From contig NC_043014.1 of the NCBI RefSeq assembly GCF_006345805.1, forward strand, positions 992,001-1,056,000: a stretch of 64,000 bases of DNA, in the 5' to 3' direction. Made by a program: the position numbers and the translations under genes. The notes under the pieces are model-generated. The model saw only the letters and a list, made by a program, of their open reading frames with translations, was not told the origin of the DNA and searched no databases. This document shows positions 1 through 12,898 of the stretch, in pieces (the stretch's first letter is position 1; each line of letters opens with the position of its first letter). Source of the DNA: Octopus sinensis. Lineage: Eukaryota.

Positions 1-269
1 GAAGGGGAGGGGGAGTGGAGAAAAGGCGTTACGCAAAATAGAATACGACGAATGGAAATAAAAAAAAGAAATATTTACCACAAAAATTACACAGAAATAA
101 ATAAACCAAAGAATAATCAAAACAAGGCATTTCTATGAACTTGAAACGTCTTGTTGCGTTGATCAAGGTAAGCCCTACAGCACTACCCTCTCGGGGTGGT
201 TCACGGCTGGAGATTCTAAAGTCATTTGTGGCGAGTTCTTGTATTGGGCAAGTGTCCCCTGAATCGTTG

Positions 270-301
<32 letters not shown>

Positions 302-381
302 GTCCCGGGTTGAGTCGGGGTTAACCACAGTAAATAAGGTACTCAATACATAGCAAAGTAAATTAATTTATTTTATAGAAG

Positions 382-434
382 GAGCTTCTACAGGACTAGA
401 ACTGTTTCATTCAAATGAAATCATCAGGAAGCTC
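382..434 (-). ncRNA. Mirror copy of the hammerhead motif (left arm of palindrome)
   Basis: Exact reverse complement of 437-489. Confidence 0.72.
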
Positions 435-436
435 AG

Positions 437-489
437 GAGCTTCCTGATGATTTCATTTGAATGAAACAGTTCTAGTCCTGTAGAAGCTC
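437..489 (+). ncRNA. Type-I hammerhead ribozyme motif
   Basis: Stem I GAGCTTC/GAAGCTC, core CTGATGA (444-450), stem II ttca-tt-tgaa, GAAA (463-466), stem III CAG/CTG, cleavage triplet GTA (480-482). Stem II base is a U-U mismatch. Confidence 0.75.
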
Positions 490-496
490 CTTGTAT

Positions 497-545
<49 letters not shown>

Positions 546-980
546 TACAACTAATTTGAATTCCTTATATTCCCTTACCCTAATCCCTATAACTAAAGAA
601 ATTTCTAACAGCAGTCAGTTACAAGCAGAGTTTTGGTCAGTTAGTATCTGGACTACACGACCTCATGTTCCTAAGATTCATATCTACATCTTTATCTGTG
701 TATTTACCTTCCCTAAGATGTTATTAATTGATTTGAAAACTTTTATATTATTGGAAAACCTATATAATTTAGCTGAAGAGTACTCAGCTTCTCAAATCTG
801 CTGTAATACTTACAGCTTTCAATAAAATGTTGTAGTATGAAACAATTGTACTAAATTACCGGATTCATTCTTGTTGCTTATTTTTGATTATAATCACCCC
901 GCATATTTTTATGGGTAACACCATACAAAATTCTGGTGTATCTAAATTAAGTACCATATTCATTTGAATCTAAATTGTTG

Positions 981-1047
<67 letters not shown>

Positions 1048-1569
1048 TATATAAACCCAAACCCCTTAAATATAAGAAAATATGTCAGAAAGTCTGAGAT
1101 TCGAACTGTTCTTCTGTTGTTTTAAGGCTCTTTTAAACTGTGATCCCATTTCCTTCTCGATCTTTCGTCTAGATATTCCTTGTATATATTATAGAAGCAT
1201 TTTATTAGAATTATTCTTGTGAATTGTCGTGAATTTCATTTTATTCCGGTCAAGGGCTGGTTCCAGCTCTCGGGTCTTTGGTTCTGTTTCAAAAGATCTG
1301 GTTTCTTCTTCAACTGAATTTCCTTTTCGCAGCCAGTGGAACTCCTCGCATTTTTAAGTTGACCAGAATCAACAGCTTTCTCGATGATATTATGGTTAGC
1401 AGTCATGATGTTATCTTTGAAATAGGACGGACACCATTGCCAACACAAATCCCATCAAACTATTTCTTTTTTTTTGTAGATATTTTAATCTCCTGTAACA
1501 TAGCAATTGCATTACTTGTGATCTCCAGACCAGCAGTGAAACCATCAAAAATTCTTTCTTACTTTCTCT

Positions 1570-1660
<91 letters not shown>

Positions 1661-2561
1661 ACACACACCACACACACACACACACATACACACATACATA
1701 CACACACAAGGGCCTGAGCATTCTGGGGTATGTCGTTCTCTTCAAGGATATCTTTATGACCACTGAAAATACAAGTACCATTGTTTATTTTATTATTCCA
1801 TCGAACGGGGTTCTAATTCGTCTTAATCCCCAGCAACGGCATTGTCAAATATTTCGTTATGAGCAACCATTCCCAGTTTGCTGTTATAGACTTGACTGCT
1901 ACCGTTTGAACTCTTCAGATCTCGTTTAGTCAGATAAGAGGCTTGCTTCCAGTTCTTATGTGAATCCTGAGTAAAAATGAGTTGAATATAACATGGCCGT
2001 TGTCATTGAAATAAACTCCAACCTGCTTCCCACTGTGTATTGTACACTTTGGAGAATTGATTGGCTGCTGTCGTAATACACACGCCAGCTTACGTATTGG
2101 AATAGACTTCATTTTCTTCAATTAGTTCTTCGTCCTTCTCAAGCACATACACCTCACCCCCATGCTACCCATGATGGATTTTGTCATATTGTACAATCGG
2201 GTTGCTACATGTCCAAACGATTATATGTAGCAAACAAATGACAGAAGAACATTGATAATTGATATGGCCTTTATTTCATCGTTACAATGTCAGATATAAA
2301 CTGTTCGAGTTGTTGTCATACACAGATCAGTTTGAGTTCTGTAGTCCATTTCGTAGGTAGTTAAGTTCATTTTTTGTTGACTGCTAGGAGAACGAATGGA
2401 AGACAAGGAGAGGAAGAGTAAAAGAATTTACCTCTCTGTCTTGACAAATAAAGAGGTTGAAAATTACATAGTCCCGCGGTCATTATTGATATGTTCCTTT
2501 GAGTCGGGGCCAAGCGAAAGAGACGGAAAAGTTAGAATTGAATTTGGGTACTGTACTTATA

Positions 2562-2790
2562 CGAGGTCTGACCATAAAGTATTGGAACTGGTGCCATAAA
2601 AAGAAAACGACAACATAATCAATTTGGCATTTAATCTCCTTCGAAGTTGTCCCCTTCTGAAACCACAAACTTTATCCTGTGCCATTTCCATTGATGGAAG
2701 CATTTCTGGAAATCCTTTTTAGGGATAGCCAGCAGCAGCTCCTCGTCGCATTTGAAATCTTGTTCCATTCAACTGAAATTTGACTTTTGC
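2562..2790 (-). mobile_element. Mariner/Tc1 transposon 3' relic
   Basis: Minus-strand ELLLAIPKKDFQKCFHQWKWHRIKFVVSEGDNFEGD-stop resembles a mariner C-terminus; TA followed by CGAGGTCTG... TIR-like end at 2560-2590. Confidence 0.7.
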
Positions 2791-2929
2791 AAAGCTACTT
2801 GGCCGTAATAATCTTCGAGCCGGGTCTCCTTCCACGCGCGCACGCACACACATACATTTTCTCTGCCAAGTTAATGATGGAACCCCTGTGGTTTGGTCAG
2901 GAAACCACACTCTTCTCACCTTATTTCCA

Positions 2930-3740
2930 TGCAAGCGGAAGTGAGCTACAAACAGCGGAAGTGAGAATGTTATAACTTGTGCGCATGAGCGACGGAGTTG
3001 AAGGTAATTCGGTGCCGAGCCTCTTCATTCCACGTACTTCCATTCCGTTACCGTAGCAACCATCTCGATACTTTTTAATTAGATTTCGTACATGTTGGAA
3101 AGGTGGATGTAGGTCGGAGAACAATGGGAAGTGATCGAGTTTATCTCTACTGAACCTTATTTAACGCAAGAATGTCCTCTTAAACAAGAGAACTGTGACA
3201 GTAGATTCTCATAAATGTTTAAGTGATAATGTCGACATCGATAGAAAGGAACTCGTTGAAACAATCTAGATCGGGTTTCGAAACTTGACGAAGAATCCAG
3301 AAAACGATTCTTTCTAATGCATTACTATTTATAACCATTGTATTCTATGAAAACCAATGTCAACGACGAGGATTGTCAAGTTGCGCCCTCTGGCGATATA
3401 GCATAGAAATATTATTAATGATTCTATTTTTGTTTTGCGAAAAATGACTGGGGGCATTTGTAAAGCACCCTCATTCGGTAATTGGAGGTACTAAGGTAGA
3501 AAAGGTTGAAAACCGCTTCAGTGAAAGGACTGGAAGGGGCCATGTTTTGACAGATTTAATAAGGAAAAAAGAAAACATGAATTTTTTCTGCTAGAGTAGG
3601 AAGAATGAGTGAGAGGTGTCAGCGGTTTTTATCCGACAAATTATAATTAAAAATTTACTAAAATTTAAGTCTATTATGTGAAAAGGTCAAAGTTCAGAGT
3701 GACACGTCTTTAATTATCTCCACACCATAATGACGTCATA
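2930..3740. promoter_or_regulatory. Candidate promoter/regulatory motif cluster
   Basis: Two CGGAAGTG ETS-type motifs (about 2936 and 2956), NRF1-like GCGCATGAGC, CTCF-like GCGCCCTCTGGCG (3383-3395), DR1-like AGGTCAAAGTTCA (3684-3696) and CRE ATGACGTCAT (about 3730). Motif matches only. Confidence 0.35.
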
Positions 3741-5009
3741 AATCATTGTGTTTTTTTAGGGCGTCATAAAAGATATGATAAGAGATGTCTGGGTGCAACT
3801 TTGGTCTTTGGGCTCCGCACGTAACAAAAAGTATTCACTTTGTCAAAAGTAAATGGCTTCCAGGTGGAAAAAAAACGGCAAGCAGGAACCCCCGCACCAA
3901 TACATAGATACATAAATACATACATACATACACACATACATACATACATACATACATACATACATACATACATACATACATACATACATACATACAATTG
4001 TGTCTGGAAAAAAAAAGCCGGAATTCGCTGAAGCTTGAATTTATTTGGCTGTTATTATAAGTCTGCTGGACTGGGCTTAACCTGGGGCTTAACTATAACA
4101 ACAACTGTAGCACCAAAAGCAACAACAACAGTAACAGCAGCAGCAGCAGCAGCCACAATACCACGGGTGGACTAAACATCAGAGATGTTTTGCCCTTCGC
4201 TGGAACTGCAGAAGAAACCCTGAGAAGTTGCAAGCCCTTCATTGCAATGTCGGGAAGCGATCTGTATTAATGGCAGTTTGTTCAAGATCACATGCGTTTC
4301 GCCCTTTAAACATGGAGACATCGACATGAAGCGTTTTCAACATTAAATTCCGACATAATATGCAAATGGTTAGATTTCTTGTGTGGAACTCGTCTTTTTT
4401 TTTAATTAAAAAGAGTTAGCCAAGATGGCGTTGTTGTTGTTATCGAGATCGTGTCTTCACCTTACCCCTTTTCTGTACAGTTGGCCTGTACATTGGGCCA
4501 TAAGACACCGCTAGTTACCCCGGCTTTGATGCATAGTCGCCGGCATCTTCCCACGTGATGCTGAGTTGCTTCATGTCTTCTTTGAAGGTGACGCGCCCTG
4601 TCTTCTTGGCTTTCCTTCTCTTCTTCCTTTCGTCCCTTTGTTGGCTCCCATTCAGTTTGTAGCTGTCGTTGGTCTTCGATCTATTGGCAATCGAAAAGCA
4701 TGACCCCTAATTCTCGAGATCCCGTGAATAAAGATATATTTAAATCAGGGAACAGAAGAAGGCATATGGTGCGATTAAGGATTACATTTATTGATCTGGA
4801 TTTAGATCGCGAAATATTGTAAATCAATGGTGCCAAGATTCTATTGATCTTTAAGTATTGGATTTAGAATTTAAATTAAGGAACATTTTGAATTTTTGGA
4901 GCAGAGATCCTGTTGATTTTTTTAGTGTTTGTGACCTTAAAGTGCGATTTTGAAAGGTTCGTCTATTTTGATTTTGTTCGTAGTAAAAAATATATCTTTC
5001 TTGCGGGGT

Positions 5010-5442
5010 TACTCTCTTTACTCTCTCTCTCTCTTTTACTCTTTTACTTGTTTGCGGCCATGCTGGAGCACCGCCTTTAGTCGAGCAAATTGACCCCAGG
5101 ACTTATTCTTTGGAAGCCCAGTACTTATTCTATCGGTCTCTTTTGCCGAACCGCTAAGTTACGGGGACGTAAACACACCAGTATCGGTTGTTAAGCAATG
5201 CTAGGGGGACAAACACAGACACACAAACATACACACACACATATATATATATATACATACATATATACATACATATATACGACGGGCTTCTTTCAGTTTC
5301 CGTCAACCAAATCCACTCACAAGACTTTGGTTGGCCCGAGGCTATAGTAGAAGACACTTGCCCAAGATGCCACGCAGTGGGACTGAACCCGGAACCATGT
5401 GGTTGGTAAGCAAGCTACTTACCACACAGCCACTCCTGCGCC
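5010..5442 (-). mobile_element. tRNA-derived SINE, family B (full length)
   Basis: Head with A/B-box-like TGGCTGTGTGG and GGTTCAGTCCC, internal (TA/CA)n, conserved gtttacgtccccgtaacttagcggttcggcaaaagagaccgatagaataagtac, and a (AAGAGT)n tail. Confidence 0.82.
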
Positions 5443-6670
5443 TGATTAAATATTGCTACAAGGTCAGCAGTTTTAGAGAGAAGGGTTAATCTATTCCATT
5501 CACCCAAGTACTTTATTTTATGGACCCTGAAAAGACGAAAGGCAAAGATGCTCCCGGCGGAATTCGAACTCGTAATGAATCGGAAGAAATACCGCAAAGT
5601 ATTTTCGTTCGATGCTCCGACGATTCTGTTCGCTCACCGAATTGTTTTTAATTTGTCCCAAAGCCAGTAATTTCGAGGGTGAGGGGGACTTAGTCGACTA
5701 CATTGCTGCCAGTCCTTGAGTGCTGCTTAATTTAATCGACCCCCAGAAGAATGACAATCAAATCTGACCTCGGTAGGAATTGAACTCATGTGAACGGCCA
5801 GTCGACAATTTCTATCAATCCACCACCTTTTAGTAGTAATAACAAATAATTAAAAATCATTTCTTATTTTATTGCTAATTAACGTAAAATAGCAAATATT
5901 GCATTGTCAGATAAATTCCTTCGCTTTTTTTTTCTCTTTCTATTTTGCATTCCGTTGTCTTATGTTTGAAAAGACGGAATATTTATTCGGATTTCAAAGA
6001 CGATAAACAAAAGAACGGTTCTACAAAAACCACTAAAAACACTTCGATACAAATATTTTTCGTGTTAATTCTAATATCATTGGAAAAGATTAAAATAAAT
6101 TAAAGAAAAAATTAAACGAATTCATTTGACAATTCAGTAAATTATTCGTTAAAATTATCAGTTGAATAATAAAAATTTCGAGTTGCGAAAGCATTGATCG
6201 TTTTGTGACATTAAAATGACTTTTCTATAAATTTGATGGGTTTTTTAAAGCCGAGGTGCAAAAATGGGGCAATAAAAATATTTTTAAATACATTTTTATG
6301 ATTATTTTAGTTGGTCGTAAAACAAGAGTAAAAACAAACGATGAGATATGAAACTATATTAGCGCCAGGAATTTTACATCTTTCAAATTATACAAGACAT
6401 ATTTATGAGGTCAAACTAGGCAACTTTTAATTAAAATGCTATAATACATTAATTATAAATCTTTAAACACCGAAGTTGATACAATATTGGTTTCAGATTT
6501 TGGCACAAGGCCACCAATTTCACGGGAGGGCGTCAGTCATTTCCAATGATCAACTGGTAATTATTTTATCGATCCCGAAAGGATGAAAGGCAAAGTCGAC
6601 CTCAACGGAATTTGAAGTCAGACCGTAAAAACGAACGAGGCAGTTTTCCCGGCGTGCTAACGATTCTTAT

Positions 6671-6888
6671 TTCTTTATTGCCCACAAGGGGCTAAACACA
6701 GAGGGGACAAACAAGGACAGACAAACGGATTAAGTTGATTACATCGACCCCAGTGCGTAACTGGTACTTAATTTATCGACCCCGAAAGGAAGAAAGGCAA
6801 AGTCGACCCCGGCGGAATTTGAACTCAGAACGTAACGGCAGACGAAATACGGCTACGCATTTCGCCCGGCGTTGTTAACGGTTCTGCC
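6671..6888 (-). mobile_element. tRNA-derived SINE, family A
   Basis: Shared core actggtacttaatttatcgaccccgaaagga.gaaaggcaaagtcgacc..ggcggaatttgaactcagaacg; many further copies in the window. Confidence 0.85.
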
Positions 6889-7487
6889 TTGCAAGACGAC
6901 ACACAGGATTAAGTTTAGATTAAAGAAACGATTTCTTTTGCAGTTTAGTGAGTTGTGAGGGGGGGATGATGGCGTAGAAGTTCTTGGTTTCATCTAATTA
7001 TTGTTTGTAAATCTCAGGATGTTTGTTCTGGATCACTGTGCAGTGGGTTCAAATCCTATCAACGTGAACTTTACCTTCCATCCTTTTAGAGTCGATACAT
7101 AGTATCGGTACTGTCCTATCCGTGTGTGTCTGTCTATTTGCGTCTCTCGCCCTCTCTTCTTCTCTCTCCTTCTCTCTCCCAGCAGTTACATCCTGGTTGT
7201 TGCACGGAATCAGGGATCATGGAATCAAGATGCTGCCTGTCTGCTCGCGACTCCACAGGCCCCTAAAACAGTTCGTGAAAGCACGGTACATACTATCGAG
7301 TCATGCTCGTTTGACAATGTCTCCCACTCTTCGTTTGTCTGTCTGTCTGTCTATTTCTGTCTGTCTGTCGTCTGTCTATTTCTGTCTGTTTATTTCTGTC
7401 TGTCTGTCGTCTGTCTATTTCTGTCCGTCTATTTCTCTCTCTCTCTCTCTCTTTCTATCTATCTATCTCACTCTGTTAGTCACTCTC

Positions 7488-7518
<31 letters not shown>

Positions 7519-7931
7519 TCCTTTTTTCTTTGTCTCTTTCTTTCTTTCTTTCCTTCCTTCTTTCTTTGTCTCTTTCTTTCTTTCTTTCTTTCCATCTCTC
7601 TCTTTCTATCTCTGTCTCTTTCTATCTCTGTCTCTTTCTTGCTCTCCCCCTCTCCCTCCAGCTTCCACATCCTCAGAGTTCCGCTGGATCAAAAGATGGG
7701 GAGCGTGAGAGAGCGTCAATACCAGCTCGTGACTCCACAGGCCCCTAAAACAGTTTGTGAAAGCATCGCACATTTTACTAAGCCACACTTGTTTGCTGAT
7801 GACGGCTGTCGTCTTCTTTTTTATCCTTAAATCTGGCAACCAAAGGATTCTCAACGTTGAGAACAATTCTTCAGTTCGAAATGTGTGTGCCCGCGCATGC
7901 GTGCGTATATATGTGTATGTATGAATGTGTG

Positions 7932-8048
<117 letters not shown>

Positions 8049-8514
8049 TACATAAACACACATAATACATATTACGTATGTGTATGAGGGCGTGAGTGAG
8101 CACTGCGCGTGCGCGTACGGTGTACTGTTTGTGCGCTCAGAAACGCGTTAAAAGACGCCATTTTCCATATTTAAATACTTTTTGCTAACGGAGATTTCAT
8201 GTCTATTATAAACGAATGCAACGTAGAGGTCGTCATCCATCTCCACCTGATAAAGAAGGGAAGTAGATCATAGGTACAAGGAAGACGAACGGATGTCGAT
8301 GCCACATTCGAGAATTGAACTTGTCCCGCCGAATTGTCTTACATACATGTCCCAGCACAGCAACCACAGTTTGTTGACCAGCCCCAGGGAGGTCCTGTCA
8401 CACAGAAGATAATAGAACTGGTCACCCTTTGATGGATACTTTTGATCCTTTGATGTCACGTGTCTGACTCTTTCTCACGACTGGTTGGATTGTAACGTAA
8501 TTACAGAATTTTAT

Positions 8515-8617
8515 ACGTACATACATACATACATACATACATATATACATACATACATATATACATACATACATACGTACATACATACATACATACATAC
8601 ATACATACATACATACA

Positions 8618-8650
<33 letters not shown>

Positions 8651-8716
8651 CTATTATATATATACACATACATACACACATATATACGTACATATACATA
8701 CATATACATACATACA

Positions 8717-8749
<33 letters not shown>

Positions 8750-8793
8750 CTATATATATATATACACATATATACACACATATATACGTACAT

Positions 8794-8824
<31 letters not shown>

Positions 8825-8906
8825 CGTACATACATACGTACATACATACGTACATACGTACATACATACATACATACATACATACATACATACACATACA
8901 TATACA
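8515..8906. repeat. (ATAC)n compound microsatellite
   Basis: Direct reading; similar tracts at 10308-10790 and 63560-63870. Confidence 0.95.
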
Positions 8907-10347
8907 TGTTGAGAAGTCATGGATGTATATTTTGTAGAGGTAAGTTCTCGGGATTTCCATACGTGACCCTCCTACCGACTGTATCGATTGACTTTATTGT
9001 TGATGAAATTTCTCTATTTCAAGTTATTGATCACAATTATTGCTAAATTTCCGATCTAATTAGGCATCGTGACAGGTTTAAACAGCAAAATTTGTTTTTT
9101 AAGTGGCTGAGCTCGAATTTGTTTTCCTTGTTTAACAATTTGGTCGAGTAATTAAAAAACAGATCGCTTTGTGGTTTCGGGTTCAATCCCTCTCAACCAG
9201 CTTGGGCAAATGTTTTCCACTACAGCTTCGGGATGACTCATGTATGTATGTGAGTGAATTTGATAAACGGAAACTGTGTGGAATCCCAACGCATATGTGT
9301 GTGTGTGTGTGTGTGTGTGTGTCTACCGCACCACTTGGCAATCGGTGTTGGTTTGTTTATGTCCCTATAACTTAGCAGTTCGGCAAAAAGATATCCATGA
9401 AATTAGTACTAAAATTAGTAAAAAAGTACTGACGTCAATTTGTTCTACTAAACTTTCCAAGGTCATGCCCCAACATGGCCGCAGTCCAATGACTAAAAAA
9501 TACTAAAGAGTAAAGTTACACCCGCCCCTCTTTGAAGATGAGAGTTTATCTAAAAGAACGAATGATTTCCAGAGGTTTTCATGGTCAAATTCGTTCAAAA
9601 CACATCAAAGAACATAGAAAGAAAAAACACAAAACAAAAAAGAAACGTAAATTTCGTCTTTAAAGTGAGGCGGGTAAAGAAAAATAGAAAAAAAAAGGAA
9701 CAATGTCTTCGAGAATGCAACAATCGTTGTTGCTTCTCCCACCAACCATTTCTTTCGTTCCATCATCATCATGTCCTCATCCAGCTCGCAGCTACTCCCT
9801 CTATGTACGGCCTTCATAGCCAATAAAATGAAATGAAATAGTCAAAATTTACTATTTTTTCCCACTGATGGAATTACAGCAAGTTGGTCACCTAAGTCTT
9901 TTATGACGTCATCGTCTTCGTTGCTAATTTTCTGAAGCTCAGAATCCACTGTTTCTCTCTTTTGCTGGATTTGGTGACATTTTTCATATCTTCTGGCTAA
10001 ATTTGAAGAAGAGTTGGTCCAAAAGAGAACCGCAAAAGACTTTTTACTGGACTTGGGCGGATTCTGTCAACCACAACATATCGGGTTCTGCTTCACAAGA
10101 AATATCGATCTCAGGACAATGCTTTTCTACGGACTACAGTTTTCGATAGCTTTTTCAGAAGAATGGTGCCGTCGACTTTGAAAAACCATTTTGGTTGGGA
10201 CTTAAGAGATTTTTATTTTCAAGAAGTCACATCACTTTCATTTCATCTCATCTTCCTCTCAAATATTTTACTCGTGTGAGAAGTAAGGGGGAGAGTATCG
10301 GTGGTATACATACACACACACATACATACATACATACATACACACAC

Positions 10348-10380
<33 letters not shown>

Positions 10381-10833
10381 CATACACATACATACATATA
10401 CATACATCTATACGTACATACATACATATACATACATACATACATACACACACATACATATACATACATACATACATACACACACATACATATACATACA
10501 TACATACATACACACACATACATATACATACATACATATACATACATATATACATACATACATGCATACATACACACACATACATATACATACATATATA
10601 CATACATACATACACACACATACATATACATACATATATACATACATACATGCATACATACACACACATACATATACATACATACATACATACACACACA
10701 TACATATACATACATATACATACATACATAGACGCATACATACACACACACATACACACATATATATACACACACATATACATACGCACGCCTTCACTGT
10801 GATTGTAGGTTTGTACATGAATGTATGCCTGTG

Positions 10834-10896
<63 letters not shown>

Positions 10897-11007
10897 GTAT
10901 TCGCATGTAAATAGAAAGACAGAGAGGTTAGAGAAGACAGAGGGAAAGAAAGGAAGAATAGGGTGGGAGAGAGGGGGGAGAGAGGTGGTAGAGAGGAGGA
11001 GGAGGAA

Positions 11008-11190
11008 GGAGGGGTGGTAGAGAGGAGGAGGAGGAGGGATGGGTGGTAGAGAGGAGGAAGGGATGGGTGGTAGAGAGGAGGGAGGGATGGGTGGTAGAGA
11101 GGAGGGAGGGATGGGTGGTAGAGAGGAGGGAGGATGGGTGGTAGAGAGGAGGGAGGGATGGGTGGTAGAGAGGAGGGAGGAAGGGGTGGT
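11008..11190. repeat. Purine-rich minisatellite, unit about 24 bp
   Basis: (gggatgggtggtagagaggaggga)n. Confidence 0.88.
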
Positions 11191-11371
11191 AGGGCGATCA
11201 AGATGTCGCCGCCATATTTAATGTGTCAATGTTTAATGGTTTACTTAAACTTCCGTCTTGTTTGATGAATGAACATCACACCTTCACCTTTGAGACTTCG
11301 TCGCTTTTTTTTTACTAATTAATGACGCGTATGTTGGTATTTGTGTATGTCAGTGTGTGTAATATATATAT

Positions 11372-11405
<34 letters not shown>

Positions 11406-11489
11406 ATAATAATAAATATTAGGGATAAATCCAAATTTACAGGGAAAAAAATCAGATTTAGGATGAAATCCAATTTTATAGTAAAATAT

Positions 11490-11659
11490 TATAAAATATT
11501 ATTAGAGACAAAACCACTATTTTGCAAAACAAACAAGAAAGACTTAATCAATACATAAAATTTAATAAATAGTCAAATTTATTAAAATTTTATGTATTGA
11601 TTAAGTCTTTCCTTGTTTGTTTTGCAAAATAGTGGTTTTGTCTCTAATAATATTTTATA
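11490..11659. repeat. Foldback inverted repeat (about 80-bp arms, 6-nt loop)
   Basis: 11490-11570 versus 11577-11659, nearly identical; loop agtcaa. Confidence 0.92.
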
Positions 11660-11714
11660 TATATATATATATATATATACTTTATTTAAAGCATGTTTAC
11701 TCCGGTATATATAC

Positions 11715-11785
<71 letters not shown>

Positions 11786-11898
11786 TATATATATATTTGC
11801 ACTCATACATTTATATACATGTGTATATATGCATACATGTGTGTGTGTGTGTATATATTATATAATATATATATAATATATATAGATATGTATGTATG

Positions 11899-11955
<57 letters not shown>

Positions 11956-12744
11956 CATATATATACATATATTTATCATATATGCATGTGTATGTATATA
12001 TATGAGTGTGTGTGTGTGTGTGTATATATGATCAAACTGATCAACTCCATAAGCCAGATATCAATTTACCCACACTGTCTCATGTCTGATGTTATTATAA
12101 ATCTACGTTTTTTTTTTCCGTCGACACTTTGTAAAGACACATAGCGTTAACCCCACCCTGGGACCCCTATAACTGGCATAGTGCAGGGTGACCCTATGTT
12201 TCCCCTGTTGTGATCCCATTTCCCTTATCTGACCATGAACTTACAACTGATATTTAAGCAGGGGACCCAGTATCAACAAGTCTATCGTCCCTTATTCCTT
12301 ATCTAATTTATAACAAGATTGAATGACAGAATTAGCTTAGAAGTAATGTTTAGTCGGGTGCTGGGAGGTGGTGACCCCTAAAATAGGAATTTGGCGGACT
12401 CTAATTAAGGTGGCTAGTGAAGATGTTTGTTGGGCTGAGTACGGCAATAAATTTACATATGAAATTCAGCTCACAGGGATTAGGGGTCGACGCGTTTACA
12501 CCTTGCGACTTGGTTTCAAAAGATGGAAAGTCAGGACACTTTAGATGAAAGCTGTAAAACTGTCTCCTACAGGGAAATGGAAATCGTCTTCCTGTAATTT
12601 TACACAAACGGTTACTCTTTTACTCTTTTACTCTTTTACTTGTTTCAGTCATTTGACTGCGGCCATGCTGGAGCACCGCCTTTAATCGAGCAACTCGACC
12701 CCGGGACTTATTCTTTGTAAGCCCAGTACTTATTCTATCGTTCT

Positions 12745-12898
12745 GGTGAAAGGGTACAGCAGGGATCACCACCCCCTGTCGGAGCCTCGTGGAGCTTTTA
12801 GGTATTTTCGCTCAATAAACACTCACAACTCCCGGTCTGGGAATCGAAACCGCGATCCTACGACCGCGAGTCCGCTGCCCTAACCACTGGGCCATTGC
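12745..12898 (-). mobile_element. tRNA-headed SINE, family C
   Basis: Minus strand gcaatggcccagtggttagggcagcggactcgcggtcgtaggatcgcggtttcgattccc; a related + copy at about 62680-62830. Confidence 0.65.

Larger units (their letters stand above)
371..500. repeat. Near-perfect palindrome (64-bp arms, 2-nt loop)
   Basis: 371-434 is the reverse complement of 437-500 with one mismatch near the outer end. Confidence 0.95.

Noticed and set aside
121-155. Hammerhead-like AACAAG...GAAACGTCTTGTT
   Set aside because: Stem I and GAAACGTC are present but there is no CTGANGA core.
12830-12898. Possible tRNA gene (also the SINE heads at about 5380-5442 and 62680-62730)
   Set aside because: The acceptor stem is incomplete and the sequence continues into repeated SINE bodies; these are tRNA-derived heads, not tRNA genes.
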